DNA of 64,000 nucleotides from an uncultured Hyphomicrobiales bacterium (GTDB taxonomy: Bacteria > Pseudomonadota > Alphaproteobacteria > Rhizobiales > Beijerinckiaceae), in the NCBI GenBank assembly GCA_903884435.1, contig CAISEY010000302.1, positions 27,873 to 91,872 on the forward strand, in the 5' to 3' direction. Below, one piece after another: positions 39,963-49,340 of this stretch; positions within the stretch are counted from its first letter, which is position 1; every line of letters begins with the position of its first letter. The position numbers were made by a program, and so were the translations under genes. Under the pieces are notes generated by a model. It was given only the letters and a program-made list of their open reading frames with translations. It did no database searches and was not told where the DNA came from.

Positions 39963-40445
39963 TCAGGCCTTCGCCGCGTTCATCTTCGCGCTGGCGTCCA
40001 TGATCGCTTCCACGATGCCCTGGTAGCCGGTGCAACGGCAAATATTGCCCTCGAGCTGGTGGCGAACGGTCTTCTCGTCGGCGTCCGGCAGGCGGCGCGC
40101 GATGTCGACGCCCATCATCACCATGCCCGGCGTGCAAAAACCGCACTGCAGGCCGTGATGATCGCGGAAGGCCTGCTGCATGGGATGCAGCGTTCCGTCG
40201 GCGGCGGCGAGCCCCTCGATGGTCGTGATCGACTTGCCGTCCGCCTGCAGCGCCAGCATGGTGCAGGACTTCATGGCGACGCCATCCACGTGGACGACGC
40301 AACATCCGCATTGCGTCGTGTCGCAACCGACATGCGTGCCGGTCAGCCGCAGATGTTCGCGAATGAACTGGACGAGGAGCGTGCGCGCCTCCACCTTTCC
40401 CGAAACGGCCTTGCCGTTCACCGTCATTTGCACGTCGTATTCCAC
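39963..40445 (-). CDS. Xanthine-dehydrogenase-family [2Fe-2S] subunit (CoxS-like)
   Basis: [32 protein letters not shown]; GTG start with GGAGGA RBS. Confidence 0.92.
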   Translation of the reverse strand: MEYDVQMTVNGKAVSGKVEARTLLVQFIREHLRLTGTHVGCDTTQCGCCVVHVDGVAMKSCTMLALQADGKSITTIEGLAAADGTLHPMQQAFRDHHGLQCGFCTPGMVMMGVDIARRLPDADEKTVRHQLEGNICRCTGYQGIVEAIMDASAKMNAAKA

Positions 40446-40478
40446 TCTGAAATCCTCCAGCTGAACGAGATGGGCCGC

Positions 40479-42812
40479 TCACGCGGCCTTGTTGGTTTTC
40501 GCGTCCTGTATGGCCCGCCAGACCCGTTCGGGAGTCAGGGGCATGTCGATGTGCCGCACGCCGAGCGGCGAAAGCGCGTCGACGACGGCGGATACGATGG
40601 CCGGCGGCGCGCCGCAGGAACCCGCTTCGCCCGCGCCCTTGACGCCGAGTTCGTTGGTCTTCGAGGGCACCTCGTTGAAACGCGCCTCGATGCGCGACAT
40701 ATGCGCCGCCCGGGGCATGCCGTAATCCATGTAGCTGCCGGAGAGCAACTGGCCCTCCCCGTCGTAAACGATCTGCTCGGTCAGCACCTGTCCGACGCCC
40801 TGCATCACCCCGCCATAGACCTGGCCATGCACGATGACGGGGTTGAGCACCACGCCGCAATCGTCGATCGCGACGTAGTTGAGAATTTCAATCACGCCGG
40901 TTTCCGGATCGACCTCGAGTTCCGCCACGTGCGCCCCGTTGGGGAAATTCTCGGTGTCGTTCTCGTAGACGACGGATTCGTCGAGGCCCGTCGCCATTCC
41001 GTCGGGCAACTTTTTGGGATCGCGCGCGGCCGCGGCGACCTCCACGAGCGTGACCGACGAAGTCGCGGCCCTGAAAACGCCAGCCTCGAACGCGACGCGC
41101 GAAACGTCGGTCTGCAACAGATGCGCCGCGATTTTTCGGGCCTTCGCGACGATCGCGTCGCAGGCCTGTTTGATGCCCATGCCGCCGACCATCGACGAGC
41201 GGGAGCCGAAGGTTCCGTTCGATGTCTCCGGCGAGGTCGCCGTGTCGCCGTTGACCAGTTTCACCCGGTCGAAATCGACCCCGAGAAATTCATTCACGAG
41301 CTGCGAATAGACGGTCTCGTGCCCCTGGCCGTGCGAATAGGTGCCCGCGATAACCGTCACGTCGCCGTTGTCCTCGAAGCGCACGCGCATCCCCTCGATC
41401 GGCCGGCTGCCCGCGCCCTCGATGAAGAAGGCGAGGCCAATGCCGCGCAATTTCCCGCGCGCTTCCGACGTCTTCCGGCGCGCCGGAAAGCCGTCCCAGT
41501 CCGCGTGGTCGAGCGCCATTTGCTGGGTGCCCGCGAAATCGCCGGAATCGATGACGAAGCCGAGGTGGGTCTTGTAGGGAAATTGCGAGGGCTGGATGAA
41601 ATTGCGGCGGCGGATTTCCTCGCGTGGCAGATGGAAGGCCTCGGCGGCCCGGTCCATCAGCCGCTCCATCAGATAATTGGCCTCTGGCCGCCCGGCGCCG
41701 CGGTAGGTGTCGGTGCAGACTGTGTTGGTGAAGATCGGCTTCACCGAAAAATAGAAATCGGGAATGTCGTAGCCGCAGGGAATAATGCGTCCGCCGCCCT
41801 CCATCGGCAGCCGCAGGCCGTTTTCGGAGAGATAGGCGCCGACGTTGAGCAGCGTCTCGATCTTCAGCACGAAGGCCTTGCCATCCTTGTCGAGGCCCAT
41901 TTCCGCGTGGTTGATCTGGTCGCGGCCATGATAGTCGCTGACGAAGGTCTCGCCGCGGTCGCCGAGCCACTTGACGGGACGCCCGAGCTGTTTCGCGGCG
42001 AAGGCGACCATCGCCGTCTCCGGGAACAGCTTGCTGCGCACGCCGAAGCCGCCGCCAGTGTCGCGTGAAATCACCCGCACCTTGTCCGGCGGCATTTTCA
42101 GAATGACGCGCGCCAGCATGTTCTGGATGCGGCGCCCGCCCTGGGTCGGGGAATAGACCGTCAGTTGTCCGGCTTTCCCGTCATATTCCGCCGCGACGAC
42201 GCGCGGCTCCATCGGCGAGGGCGCGATGCGCTGGTTGACGAGATCGACGACGACGCGGGTGTGCGCCGTTTTCAGCAGGGCCTCGACGCGCTCGCGCTCG
42301 CCATGTTCCCAGTGCACGACTTCGTTGGTCGAAAACTCCGGCCAGACCTTCGGCGCTTCGGGCCGCAGCGCCTCGGCGGAGCCGGCGACGGCGGGGAGAA
42401 CCTCGAAATCGATCCGCAGCGCGTCGGCGGCGTCGCGCGCCCGCGCGGGCGTGTCCGCCACGACCATGGCGAGAACCTCGCCGACGAAACGCGTCCGCTC
42501 CACGGGCAATATACGGCGCGGCGGCTTGTGCATCGGCCGGCCGTCGCGATTGACGTAGGCGGCCTCGTTGACGAGCGCGCCCATGCCGGCCCCGAGAAGA
42601 TCGCCGCCGGTGTAAACCGCGACGACGCCGGGCATGTCCAGCGCGGAAGCGGCGTCGATCGCGATGATTTTGGCGCTGGCGTGGGGCGAGCGGACGAAGG
42701 CGGCGGCGGCCTGGCCGGGCAGGTTGATGTCGTCGGTGAACTGGCCCTTGCCAGTCAGCAGCCGCGTGTCTTCCTTGCGCCTGACGGGTTGACCGATTCC
42801 AAACTCACCCAT
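40479..42812 (-). CDS. Xanthine-dehydrogenase-family molybdopterin large subunit (CoxL-like #3, form II-type loop)
   Basis: IGQPVRRKED, GGGFG, loop TYRGAGRPE, HGQGHET, KGAGEAG; L-S-M gene order. Confidence 0.9.
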   Translation of the reverse strand: MGEFGIGQPVRRKEDTRLLTGKGQFTDDINLPGQAAAAFVRSPHASAKIIAIDAASALDMPGVVAVYTGGDLLGAGMGALVNEAAYVNRDGRPMHKPPRRILPVERTRFVGEVLAMVVADTPARARDAADALRIDFEVLPAVAGSAEALRPEAPKVWPEFSTNEVVHWEHGERERVEALLKTAHTRVVVDLVNQRIAPSPMEPRVVAAEYDGKAGQLTVYSPTQGGRRIQNMLARVILKMPPDKVRVISRDTGGGFGVRSKLFPETAMVAFAAKQLGRPVKWLGDRGETFVSDYHGRDQINHAEMGLDKDGKAFVLKIETLLNVGAYLSENGLRLPMEGGGRIIPCGYDIPDFYFSVKPIFTNTVCTDTYRGAGRPEANYLMERLMDRAAEAFHLPREEIRRRNFIQPSQFPYKTHLGFVIDSGDFAGTQQMALDHADWDGFPARRKTSEARGKLRGIGLAFFIEGAGSRPIEGMRVRFEDNGDVTVIAGTYSHGQGHETVYSQLVNEFLGVDFDRVKLVNGDTATSPETSNGTFGSRSSMVGGMGIKQACDAIVAKARKIAAHLLQTDVSRVAFEAGVFRAATSSVTLVEVAAAARDPKKLPDGMATGLDESVVYENDTENFPNGAHVAELEVDPETGVIEILNYVAIDDCGVVLNPVIVHGQVYGGVMQGVGQVLTEQIVYDGEGQLLSGSYMDYGMPRAAHMSRIEARFNEVPSKTNELGVKGAGEAGSCGAPPAIVSAVVDALSPLGVRHIDMPLTPERVWRAIQDAKTNKAA

Positions 42813-43001
42813 GCGTCCGCGATCCCGGTTCAAAATTGCGCAGCCGCTTTAAAGCCGTTTGCGGCGACGACCGCAAGTGCCGGCGAGGGCCCCGTCCACT
42901 CGCCGCGGGACGCGTCCGGACCGCCTCGACGCAATCTCCCGGCGCGGAATATTCCCCTTGCGCGGGGCTGGTTCGCCTTCCGGCGACCTCCGCCCCCGCC
43001 A

Positions 43002-45281
43002 CTATTGCGCGGCGACGCCGCCAGCCGCGTGATTGTGCGAGGCCCTCGCCAGCGCCTCGCGCGAAATGTGAATGTCCCAGATCGGCTCCACCGCCTCGCC
43101 CTCGACCGAGGGCACCGAGGTTTCCACGTCGAGCAGCGTCGCGCAGCCCGGGCAGAAATATTCGATGTAGCGCCCCAGCGACTTGCGGCCAGAGGGCGGC
43201 GGCAGTTCGGTCAGCGCGTCCTTGTCGACGGTGCGGTAGAGCGCGGCGTCCTTGTAATTGCCGTCGGCCTTGCCGAAGTCCTCGTTGCACTTGCGGCAGG
43301 CGATGTGACAATCGTCGGAGGTCTCGACGATGTCGAGGCATTCGTGGATACGCATCAGACGCGGTCCGTTGGTCGCGAGCTTCACGGATTTGCGCGCGGG
43401 ATTGACGGGTCGCGCCTCGCTCATGCGCGCCTCGCGCATGTCCTTGCGCAGCTTTTCCGTGGCGACGTCGTCGACCGCGTCGCCCGCCTCGTTGAGCACG
43501 ACGCCATGAATCTTGCGCGCGAATTTCGCCGACACCGCCTTGTTGAAGAGATCCTCCAGCACGCGCGCGGGCTCGCGGTCGAGCGGATCGCCATAGCCGG
43601 AGCCGACCATGACGGGATCGACGAGGATCGATCCTTCGGGGACCGCGAGTCGCTTGAGCGGCGGCAGGTCCGGCGCGTTCACGACGCCCCATTCGGAGGC
43701 GGTGACGAGATCGACGGGATAGCGCGATTGCGCGAATTGCGCCGGCAAGTCCTTCGGATCGAGCCGGTACTTGTCGCCGCCGATGCCTGCGGGATAGCCG
43801 CCGAACAGACCCCATCCCCCGGGAATGCCGTGATAGGGCGAGTAATTCACCGTGAGGTTCTTCGACCCGTAGGACAGGATGATGCGCTGCATCCCCTGGC
43901 CACCGCGATATTTTCCGAACCCGCCGGAATCGGTCATGTGATTCCGCGTGAGATACATCATCGGATATTGCATCTCGATGTTCTCGATGTCGGAAATGCC
44001 GACGGTCGGATTGTTCATGTGCCCGCCGGTCGAGACGCCGTCGCGATAGGGCGCGGCGCCGAAACCCGCGCCGTGCATGTCGTAGATGCCCTGCCCCACC
44101 GGGAAACCATGCTGGTTGGTGCCGCCATACATGATGCCGGGTCCGCCCGTGTTGAAGCCGCCGCTGCCCGAGCCGCCGCCATACCACGAGGAATTGACGT
44201 CGCGCTCGAGCCCGGCCGCGAACAGCATTTTCGCGATGCATCCGCTCGCCGCCGCGGTGAGAAACGCGCCGATGCCCGAGGCGCCGCCGCAGGCCGCGGG
44301 ATACTTGCAGTTGAGAATCGTGCCATAGGGAATGCTCAGCTTCGTCGACTTCGACATGCCGCCGTTCCACGGAATGTTCCAGAACAACTGGCTCGTCAGC
44401 GCCACGAAGAGCTGGCCCCAGCTTCCCACGTAGGTCGAGTTGGTCGCGTCGTCGTTCTGCTCGCTGGTGCCGTCGTAGTCGAAATGCACGCTGTCGCCGG
44501 TCTTGGTCATTTTGCAGCAGACCTTGATGACGCGCGGCTCGCCGCTCGCGATGTTGGTCGCGGTCGTGTAGACCTTCGAACGCCAGGTTCCATCCGGCAG
44601 CGAGGCGAGACGCGCCCGCGCCATGCGCTCGGAATCCTCGTTGAGCTTGCGCGAGGCGGCGCGCACGAAATCGAAGCCGTACTTGTCGACGAGTTGCAGA
44701 AACCCGCGCGCGCACACGTTGTTCGAGGCGATGCGCGACTTGAGATCGAGCCCGACGTATTCGGGATCCCGGCATTGCTCGGTGAGGTTGCGGAACACGT
44801 CGTTGCGCATGACGCCGCGCTCCATGAGCTTGATGCCGCAGGAGCGCACGCCCTCGTGGTAGATTTCCGTCGCGCCGCCGCGCAGCACGCCGCCGGTGTC
44901 GGCGGTGTGCGTCATCGACGCCGTCCAGGCGATGAGTTCGCCGCGCGCGAAAATCGGCTTCACCACCATCTCGTCGTAAACGTGCGTCGAGGCGATGTAG
45001 GGGTCGTTCATGTAGTACTGGTCGCCGTCGAAGATGCCCGGATTTTCCGAATAATATTCGATGACCTTCTTCACCGCGTCCTCGCAGCCGGCGGAAAAGC
45101 GCAGGTGGCCGGAGGCGGAGATGATCGTGGTTCCGTCCGCCTCGTAGAAGCTCGCCATGCACTCGCCGCCCTGCACGACGATGGGCGAGGCGCAGACTTT
45201 TTGCAGCGCGATGCGCCCTTCCTCGGCGATGTTCATGAGCCGGTGAACGAACATTTCGTAACGGATGGGGTCGATGGACAC
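43002..45281 (-). CDS. Hydantoinase B/oxoprolinase-family subunit fused to an acetone-carboxylase gamma-like Zn domain
   Basis: IDPIRYE, SPIV..GGE, NDPY..THVYD, HTADTGG, DSGGFGKYRGG, GYGDPLDR; C-terminal RIHECL..CRKC..NYK..IEYFCPGCATLLDVE. Confidence 0.85.
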   Translation of the reverse strand: MSIDPIRYEMFVHRLMNIAEEGRIALQKVCASPIVVQGGECMASFYEADGTTIISASGHLRFSAGCEDAVKKVIEYYSENPGIFDGDQYYMNDPYIASTHVYDEMVVKPIFARGELIAWTASMTHTADTGGVLRGGATEIYHEGVRSCGIKLMERGVMRNDVFRNLTEQCRDPEYVGLDLKSRIASNNVCARGFLQLVDKYGFDFVRAASRKLNEDSERMARARLASLPDGTWRSKVYTTATNIASGEPRVIKVCCKMTKTGDSVHFDYDGTSEQNDDATNSTYVGSWGQLFVALTSQLFWNIPWNGGMSKSTKLSIPYGTILNCKYPAACGGASGIGAFLTAAASGCIAKMLFAAGLERDVNSSWYGGGSGSGGFNTGGPGIMYGGTNQHGFPVGQGIYDMHGAGFGAAPYRDGVSTGGHMNNPTVGISDIENIEMQYPMMYLTRNHMTDSGGFGKYRGGQGMQRIILSYGSKNLTVNYSPYHGIPGGWGLFGGYPAGIGGDKYRLDPKDLPAQFAQSRYPVDLVTASEWGVVNAPDLPPLKRLAVPEGSILVDPVMVGSGYGDPLDREPARVLEDLFNKAVSAKFARKIHGVVLNEAGDAVDDVATEKLRKDMREARMSEARPVNPARKSVKLATNGPRLMRIHECLDIVETSDDCHIACRKCNEDFGKADGNYKDAALYRTVDKDALTELPPPSGRKSLGRYIEYFCPGCATLLDVETSVPSVEGEAVEPIWDIHISREALARASHNHAAGGVAAQ

Positions 45282-45291
45282 GTTTGGCTCC

Positions 45292-46374
45292 TCAATTCGC
45301 CAGAATTTTTTGCGCGCGCGACACGACGGCCCTCGGCGTCGCGAAGAGATCGTCGACGAGCTTCTGCACCTCGTCGCCGCCGACGCGATTGATTTCGAGA
45401 CCGATCTTCGTGGTCTCCGCGATGAACTCGGGGTCCGCGTGCACGTCGTCGAAGGCCTTGCGCAGGACGGCGACGACGCGCGGGTCGAGACCAGGCGGCG
45501 CGACGACGGGACGGCCCATCGCCTGGCGCGCGAAGATCAGGCGAAACAGCGCCTTCTCGTCGGCGCCCCTGACGAGATCCATCACCAGGGGCACGTCGGG
45601 CAGGTCCCTGTGCTTGTCGAGCGCGAGTTGCATCACCATCCTGAACTCGCCGCTTTTGAGCTGGTCCGCGCTGCCGACGCGCGCGGCGCTCCAGGAATAG
45701 CCGACGACGCCGTCCATCTCTCCCTTCAGCATGGCGAGCAAAATCTCGTTCATGCCGGGATAGCCGGGCACGAGGTTGAGCTTCGTCCCGAGCACGGCGT
45801 TGAGCGCGGTTCCAAAAATCTGCATGTCGCTGCCGGCTCCCGCGGAGCCGACCTGGATCGGCTTGCCCGCGAGAATGTCGTCGAGCCCGCTCACCGGCGC
45901 GCCGCGGCGCACGAAAAAGCCCGCGACCTCGTTGTTCATGCTGCCGATCCAGTTGAACTTCGTCGCGTCGAATTTCGCGGTGGTTTTCTCGCCGGTCAGC
46001 AGCGCGTCCATCGGCGCGCCGCGGCCGACGACGGAAATCTCCGTTCCGTCCTTCGGCGCGGCGTTGTAGAGCGTGTTGAGCAGGGTCATCGAGCCCGCGC
46101 CGGGCTTGTTCTCCGCCACGACGGCCGGATTGCCCGGCAGATATTTCGGCAGGAACTTCGCGAGTTCGCGGCCATAGGTGTCGTAACCGATGCCCACGGG
46201 CGAAAAGCCGATGGAGACGGTGACGCGCTTGCCGGCGAAGGTCACGGGCGACTGGGCGAGCGCGGGCGCCCCGACGCAAATCGCGGCCAGGATCGCCGCC
46301 GCGATCCGTCCCGCGCCGGGCGGGAGGAGGCGGCGCGAAGCGCCGGACGGAGGCGCCGATCCATGCCTGCTCAT
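45292..46374 (-). CDS. Tripartite tricarboxylate transporter (Bug/TctC-like) substrate-binding protein
   Basis: GYDTYGR, LPGNP, NKPGAGS, APKDGT, GYPGMNEILLAMLKGE, APPGL. Confidence 0.85.
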   Translation of the reverse strand: MSRHGSAPPSGASRRLLPPGAGRIAAAILAAICVGAPALAQSPVTFAGKRVTVSIGFSPVGIGYDTYGRELAKFLPKYLPGNPAVVAENKPGAGSMTLLNTLYNAAPKDGTEISVVGRGAPMDALLTGEKTTAKFDATKFNWIGSMNNEVAGFFVRRGAPVSGLDDILAGKPIQVGSAGAGSDMQIFGTALNAVLGTKLNLVPGYPGMNEILLAMLKGEMDGVVGYSWSAARVGSADQLKSGEFRMVMQLALDKHRDLPDVPLVMDLVRGADEKALFRLIFARQAMGRPVVAPPGLDPRVVAVLRKAFDDVHADPEFIAETTKIGLEINRVGGDEVQKLVDDLFATPRAVVSRAQKILAN

Positions 46375-46392
46375 GTTCGCGTTCTCCCCGGC

Positions 46393-48528
46393 CTACCGGC
46401 GCAGCACGACGTTCAGATATTCATCGACTTCCGCCTCGTGATCGTCGGGCACGACGATGGTGGTGAAGGGCGTTTCGATGATCGCCGGGCCGCGCAGAGA
46501 ATTGCCAGCCTGCAACTTCGTGTAGTCGTAGATCGCCGCGTCGCGCCAGCCGGCGTTGGCGCCGGTGAACCATGCCTTGCGCGAACCCTTGCGGGCGCCG
46601 CTCGCGTCCTTGCCGACGAGCGGAACCTTTCGCAGCATCGGCTTGATCGTCGCTCCGATGGCGTCGACCGCGATGGAGATCACCTCGACGCCCGCCTCCG
46701 CGTGCCCGGCGCCCGCGCCATACATGTCCTCGTATCGCGCGTTGAACAGCTTTTCGATCGTCGGGCGGTCCGCGGCGGTCAGCGGTCCGTTGGGGATTTC
46801 CACGCCGACCTCGTTCACCTGGCGCGTGTAGCGCATGTAGAGCGTGCGGCGGAAGCTGACGCGACCGGCGTCGAACCCTTCCTCGCGCATCGTCGCCGAA
46901 AGCCCCTCCTCGATCCTCGCGAGCTCGGCGGAGAGTTGTTCCATGTCGACCGGCGCGACGAGATGGCGCGTCGCCATTTTCGTGTGCACCACGTCGGACG
47001 CCGCGACGCCGAACGCGGAAAACACGGGAGACATCGGAAAAATATAGACTTTGTCGATGCCGAGCTCGGCGCCATAGGCCGCGGCGTGAACGGGCCCCGC
47101 GCCGCCGAAGGCGTAGATCACGTATTCCTCCGGCACGTGGCCGGCGCGCACGACCTGCTTGCGGATGAGATCCGACATTTTCGAATTGATGATGTCATAG
47201 ATGCCCGCCGCCGCCTGCACGGTCGAGAGCCCGAGCGGAATGGCGATCTGCTTGTCGATCGCGGCTTCGGCCGCGCGCTTGTCGAGCTTCCTGCGTCCGC
47301 CGAGGAAATAATCCGGATCGATGTAGCCGAGCACGACGTTGCAATCGGTGATCGTGACGTGCTGGCCGCCCATGCCGTAGACAATCGGGCCCGGATCCGC
47401 GCCAGCGCTTTCCGGACCCACGAGCAGGCGCCCGGTGACGGGATCGATCCGCGCGATCGTGCCGCCGCCGGCGCCGATCGACTCGACGTTGATCATCGGC
47501 TGCAACAGCCGGAACCGCTCGGCGATGGGCTCGCGCGCGTGGCTGAGGCGATGGTCGGTGAGCAGGCCCACGTCGAAACTCGTGCCGCCCATGTCGCCGG
47601 TGATGACGTTGGGATGGCCGAGCACTTTCGCCACGTAGGCGGTGGCGATCATGCCGCCCGCCGGGCCCGATTGCAGCGTGCCGACGCCGGTCATCTGCGC
47701 CGGACGCACGATGCCGCCATTGGCCTGCATCACCATCACGTCGTTCGGCAGGCCCATGGCGCCAAGGCGCCGGTTGAGGCCCGACACGTAGGCGTCGATC
47801 GTGTTCCAGAGAAACGCGTTGACCACCGCCGTGTTGGTGCGCGCGTATTCGCCCATCTGCGGGGCGAGGTCGTGCGAGAGCGTCACGGGAATCTTGCGGT
47901 CGGGATAGAGTTCGCGGACGAGTTCACGCACGCGATCCTCGTGCGCCGGGTTCATCCAGCTGAACAGGAACGACACGGCGATGGCTTCGACGTGGTCGTT
48001 CTCGACGAGCTGGCGAATGGCCTCGCGCGCGCCCGCCTCGTCGAAGGGAACGACGACCTTGCCCCTGAAGTCGACGCGTTCGTAAACGCCGCGGATCAGC
48101 GGACGCGACACCAGCGGAACCGGTTTCGTCACGTTGGTGACGTGCTTGATCTCCATGTCGTCGAGCCCGTCGACGCGGCCGATGGCGCGCATGACGTAGA
48201 TCGTGTCCTCGAAACCGCGGGTGGCGATCAGGCCGACGCGCGCCCCGCGCCGGTTGATCAGCGCGTTGGTGGCAACCGTGGTGCCATGCTTGAACATGGC
48301 GACGCCCGCCAGCAGGTCGGAGGACGGAACGCCGAGCGTTCCCGCCGCGGCTTCCACCGCGTCGAGCACGCCTTGCGAAAACTCCCTGGGCGTCGTCGCC
48401 GCCTTGTTGATCGTCACCTTGCCGTCCGGATGCAGAACGACGATGTCCGTGAACGTGCCGCCTGTGTCGATGCCGACGATATATCCGTCCTGTTTGCGCG
48501 CGCTGGCTGCCGGCGAGGCGTTCGTCAT
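46393..48528 (-). CDS. Hydantoinase A/oxoprolinase-family ATP-binding subunit
   Basis: GIDTGGTFTD, HGTTVATNA, SGPAGG, DMGGTSFD, IGAGGG, SAGADPGP, AFGGAGP. Confidence 0.9.
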   Translation of the reverse strand: MTNASPAASARKQDGYIVGIDTGGTFTDIVVLHPDGKVTINKAATTPREFSQGVLDAVEAAAGTLGVPSSDLLAGVAMFKHGTTVATNALINRRGARVGLIATRGFEDTIYVMRAIGRVDGLDDMEIKHVTNVTKPVPLVSRPLIRGVYERVDFRGKVVVPFDEAGAREAIRQLVENDHVEAIAVSFLFSWMNPAHEDRVRELVRELYPDRKIPVTLSHDLAPQMGEYARTNTAVVNAFLWNTIDAYVSGLNRRLGAMGLPNDVMVMQANGGIVRPAQMTGVGTLQSGPAGGMIATAYVAKVLGHPNVITGDMGGTSFDVGLLTDHRLSHAREPIAERFRLLQPMINVESIGAGGGTIARIDPVTGRLLVGPESAGADPGPIVYGMGGQHVTITDCNVVLGYIDPDYFLGGRRKLDKRAAEAAIDKQIAIPLGLSTVQAAAGIYDIINSKMSDLIRKQVVRAGHVPEEYVIYAFGGAGPVHAAAYGAELGIDKVYIFPMSPVFSAFGVAASDVVHTKMATRHLVAPVDMEQLSAELARIEEGLSATMREEGFDAGRVSFRRTLYMRYTRQVNEVGVEIPNGPLTAADRPTIEKLFNARYEDMYGAGAGHAEAGVEVISIAVDAIGATIKPMLRKVPLVGKDASGARKGSRKAWFTGANAGWRDAAIYDYTKLQAGNSLRGPAIIETPFTTIVVPDDHEAEVDEYLNVVLRR

Positions 48529-48689
48529 GGTCAAGGCGTCTCCTGGCCATCCGGAAGCAAACCGGACGGCGCTTGAATTGTTGTTGCGAGGTTGGGCGAA
48601 CGGTAGGGTTTCGCGCGCCGCGGTGTCAAGCGCGATGGAGGCCGGCGCGCGAGTCGTCAGGAAGCGCGGAAGCCCGACGTCCCGAAATA

Positions 48690-48717
48690 TTGACAATCAA
48701 TGTCGATTGTATATCAT
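48690..48717 (+). promoter_or_regulatory. Sigma70-type promoter of the TA operon with operator palindrome
   Basis: TTGACA(48690-95)-N16-TATCAT(48712-17); ACAATC-N6-GATTGT inverted repeat (48693-48710) overlapping the -35 and spacer. Confidence 0.7.
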
Positions 48718-48723
48718 TTGCGA

Positions 48724-49008
48724 ATGAAGCGCTCATGGATCGAGTGGAGCGGGGAAAAAAACCGCCGACGGCTGAGCGAGCGGGGACTCTGCTTCGAAGA
48801 CGTCGAAAACGCCATCGAACAAGGCCGCGTGCTTGACGACCGGCAACATCCCAACACGGAAAAATATCCCGGTCAGCGCGTGCTCGTCGTGGAAATAGAT
48901 GAATATGTGTGTCTCGTGCCTTACGTCGCCGACGGAGACCGCTGGTTTTTGAAGACCATTTATCCCAGCCGCAAGGCAAGGCGCTTTTACCGTGGAGAAC
49001 TGAAATGA
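48724..49008 (+). CDS. BrnT-like type II toxin (ribonuclease)
   Basis: W..EKN..L..RG.CFED, HPN.EKYPGQ, VPYV, FLKTIYPSRKA; toxin-first overlap with the antitoxin. Confidence 0.75.
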   Translation: MKRSWIEWSGEKNRRRLSERGLCFEDVENAIEQGRVLDDRQHPNTEKYPGQRVLVVEIDEYVCLVPYVADGDRWFLKTIYPSRKARRFYRGELK

Positions 49009-49319
49009 CGGGCAAGGCGGGTAAAATGGCGGCCTTCCCCGGCGATGACGACCGTGATTTCCTGGCGAGTTTCGAGGCGGCGCTGGAGACTGGTGAAATC
49101 CGCAAGCCGTCGCCCGCCAGTATGAAGGCGACGCGCGCGCGATGGCGGGAAGCCGTTAAGAACACGGGGGAACGCAAGGCAATCACGCTGCGGCTGCAAC
49201 AGCGCGACATCGAGCGTTTGAAGGTCATCGCCCGCCAGCGCGGAATGCCCTACCAGACCCTCGTGACGTCCGTTTTGCACCAGTTCGCCAATGGCGATCT
49301 GAAGGAAAGGCGGGATTGA
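49005..49319 (+). CDS. BrnA/CopG-like RHH antitoxin
   Basis: KAITLRL..RDIERLK..A..RGMPYQTLVTSVLH; ATGA overlap with the toxin. Confidence 0.8.
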   Translation: MTGKAGKMAAFPGDDDRDFLASFEAALETGEIRKPSPASMKATRARWREAVKNTGERKAITLRLQQRDIERLKVIARQRGMPYQTLVTSVLHQFANGDLKERRD

Positions 49320-49340
49320 GAGGCGCGGGTTTCGCGCCCC

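Noticed and set aside
35388-42068. 1013-aa, 695-aa and 709-aa plus-strand ORFs
   Set aside because: Antisense to the cox-like and TTT genes; no recognisable domains
39155-42812. Aerobic CO dehydrogenase (coxLSM) call
   Set aside because: No form I AYxCSFR motif and no coxDEFG accessory genes, so only a CoxL-like molybdo-hydroxylase can be claimed
42165-48576. Very long plus-strand ORFs (1075 aa at 42165-45392, 1103 aa at 45265-48576)
   Set aside because: Antisense shadows of well-supported minus-strand genes. High GC3 suppresses stops, and the translations are Arg/Ala/His-rich with no motifs.
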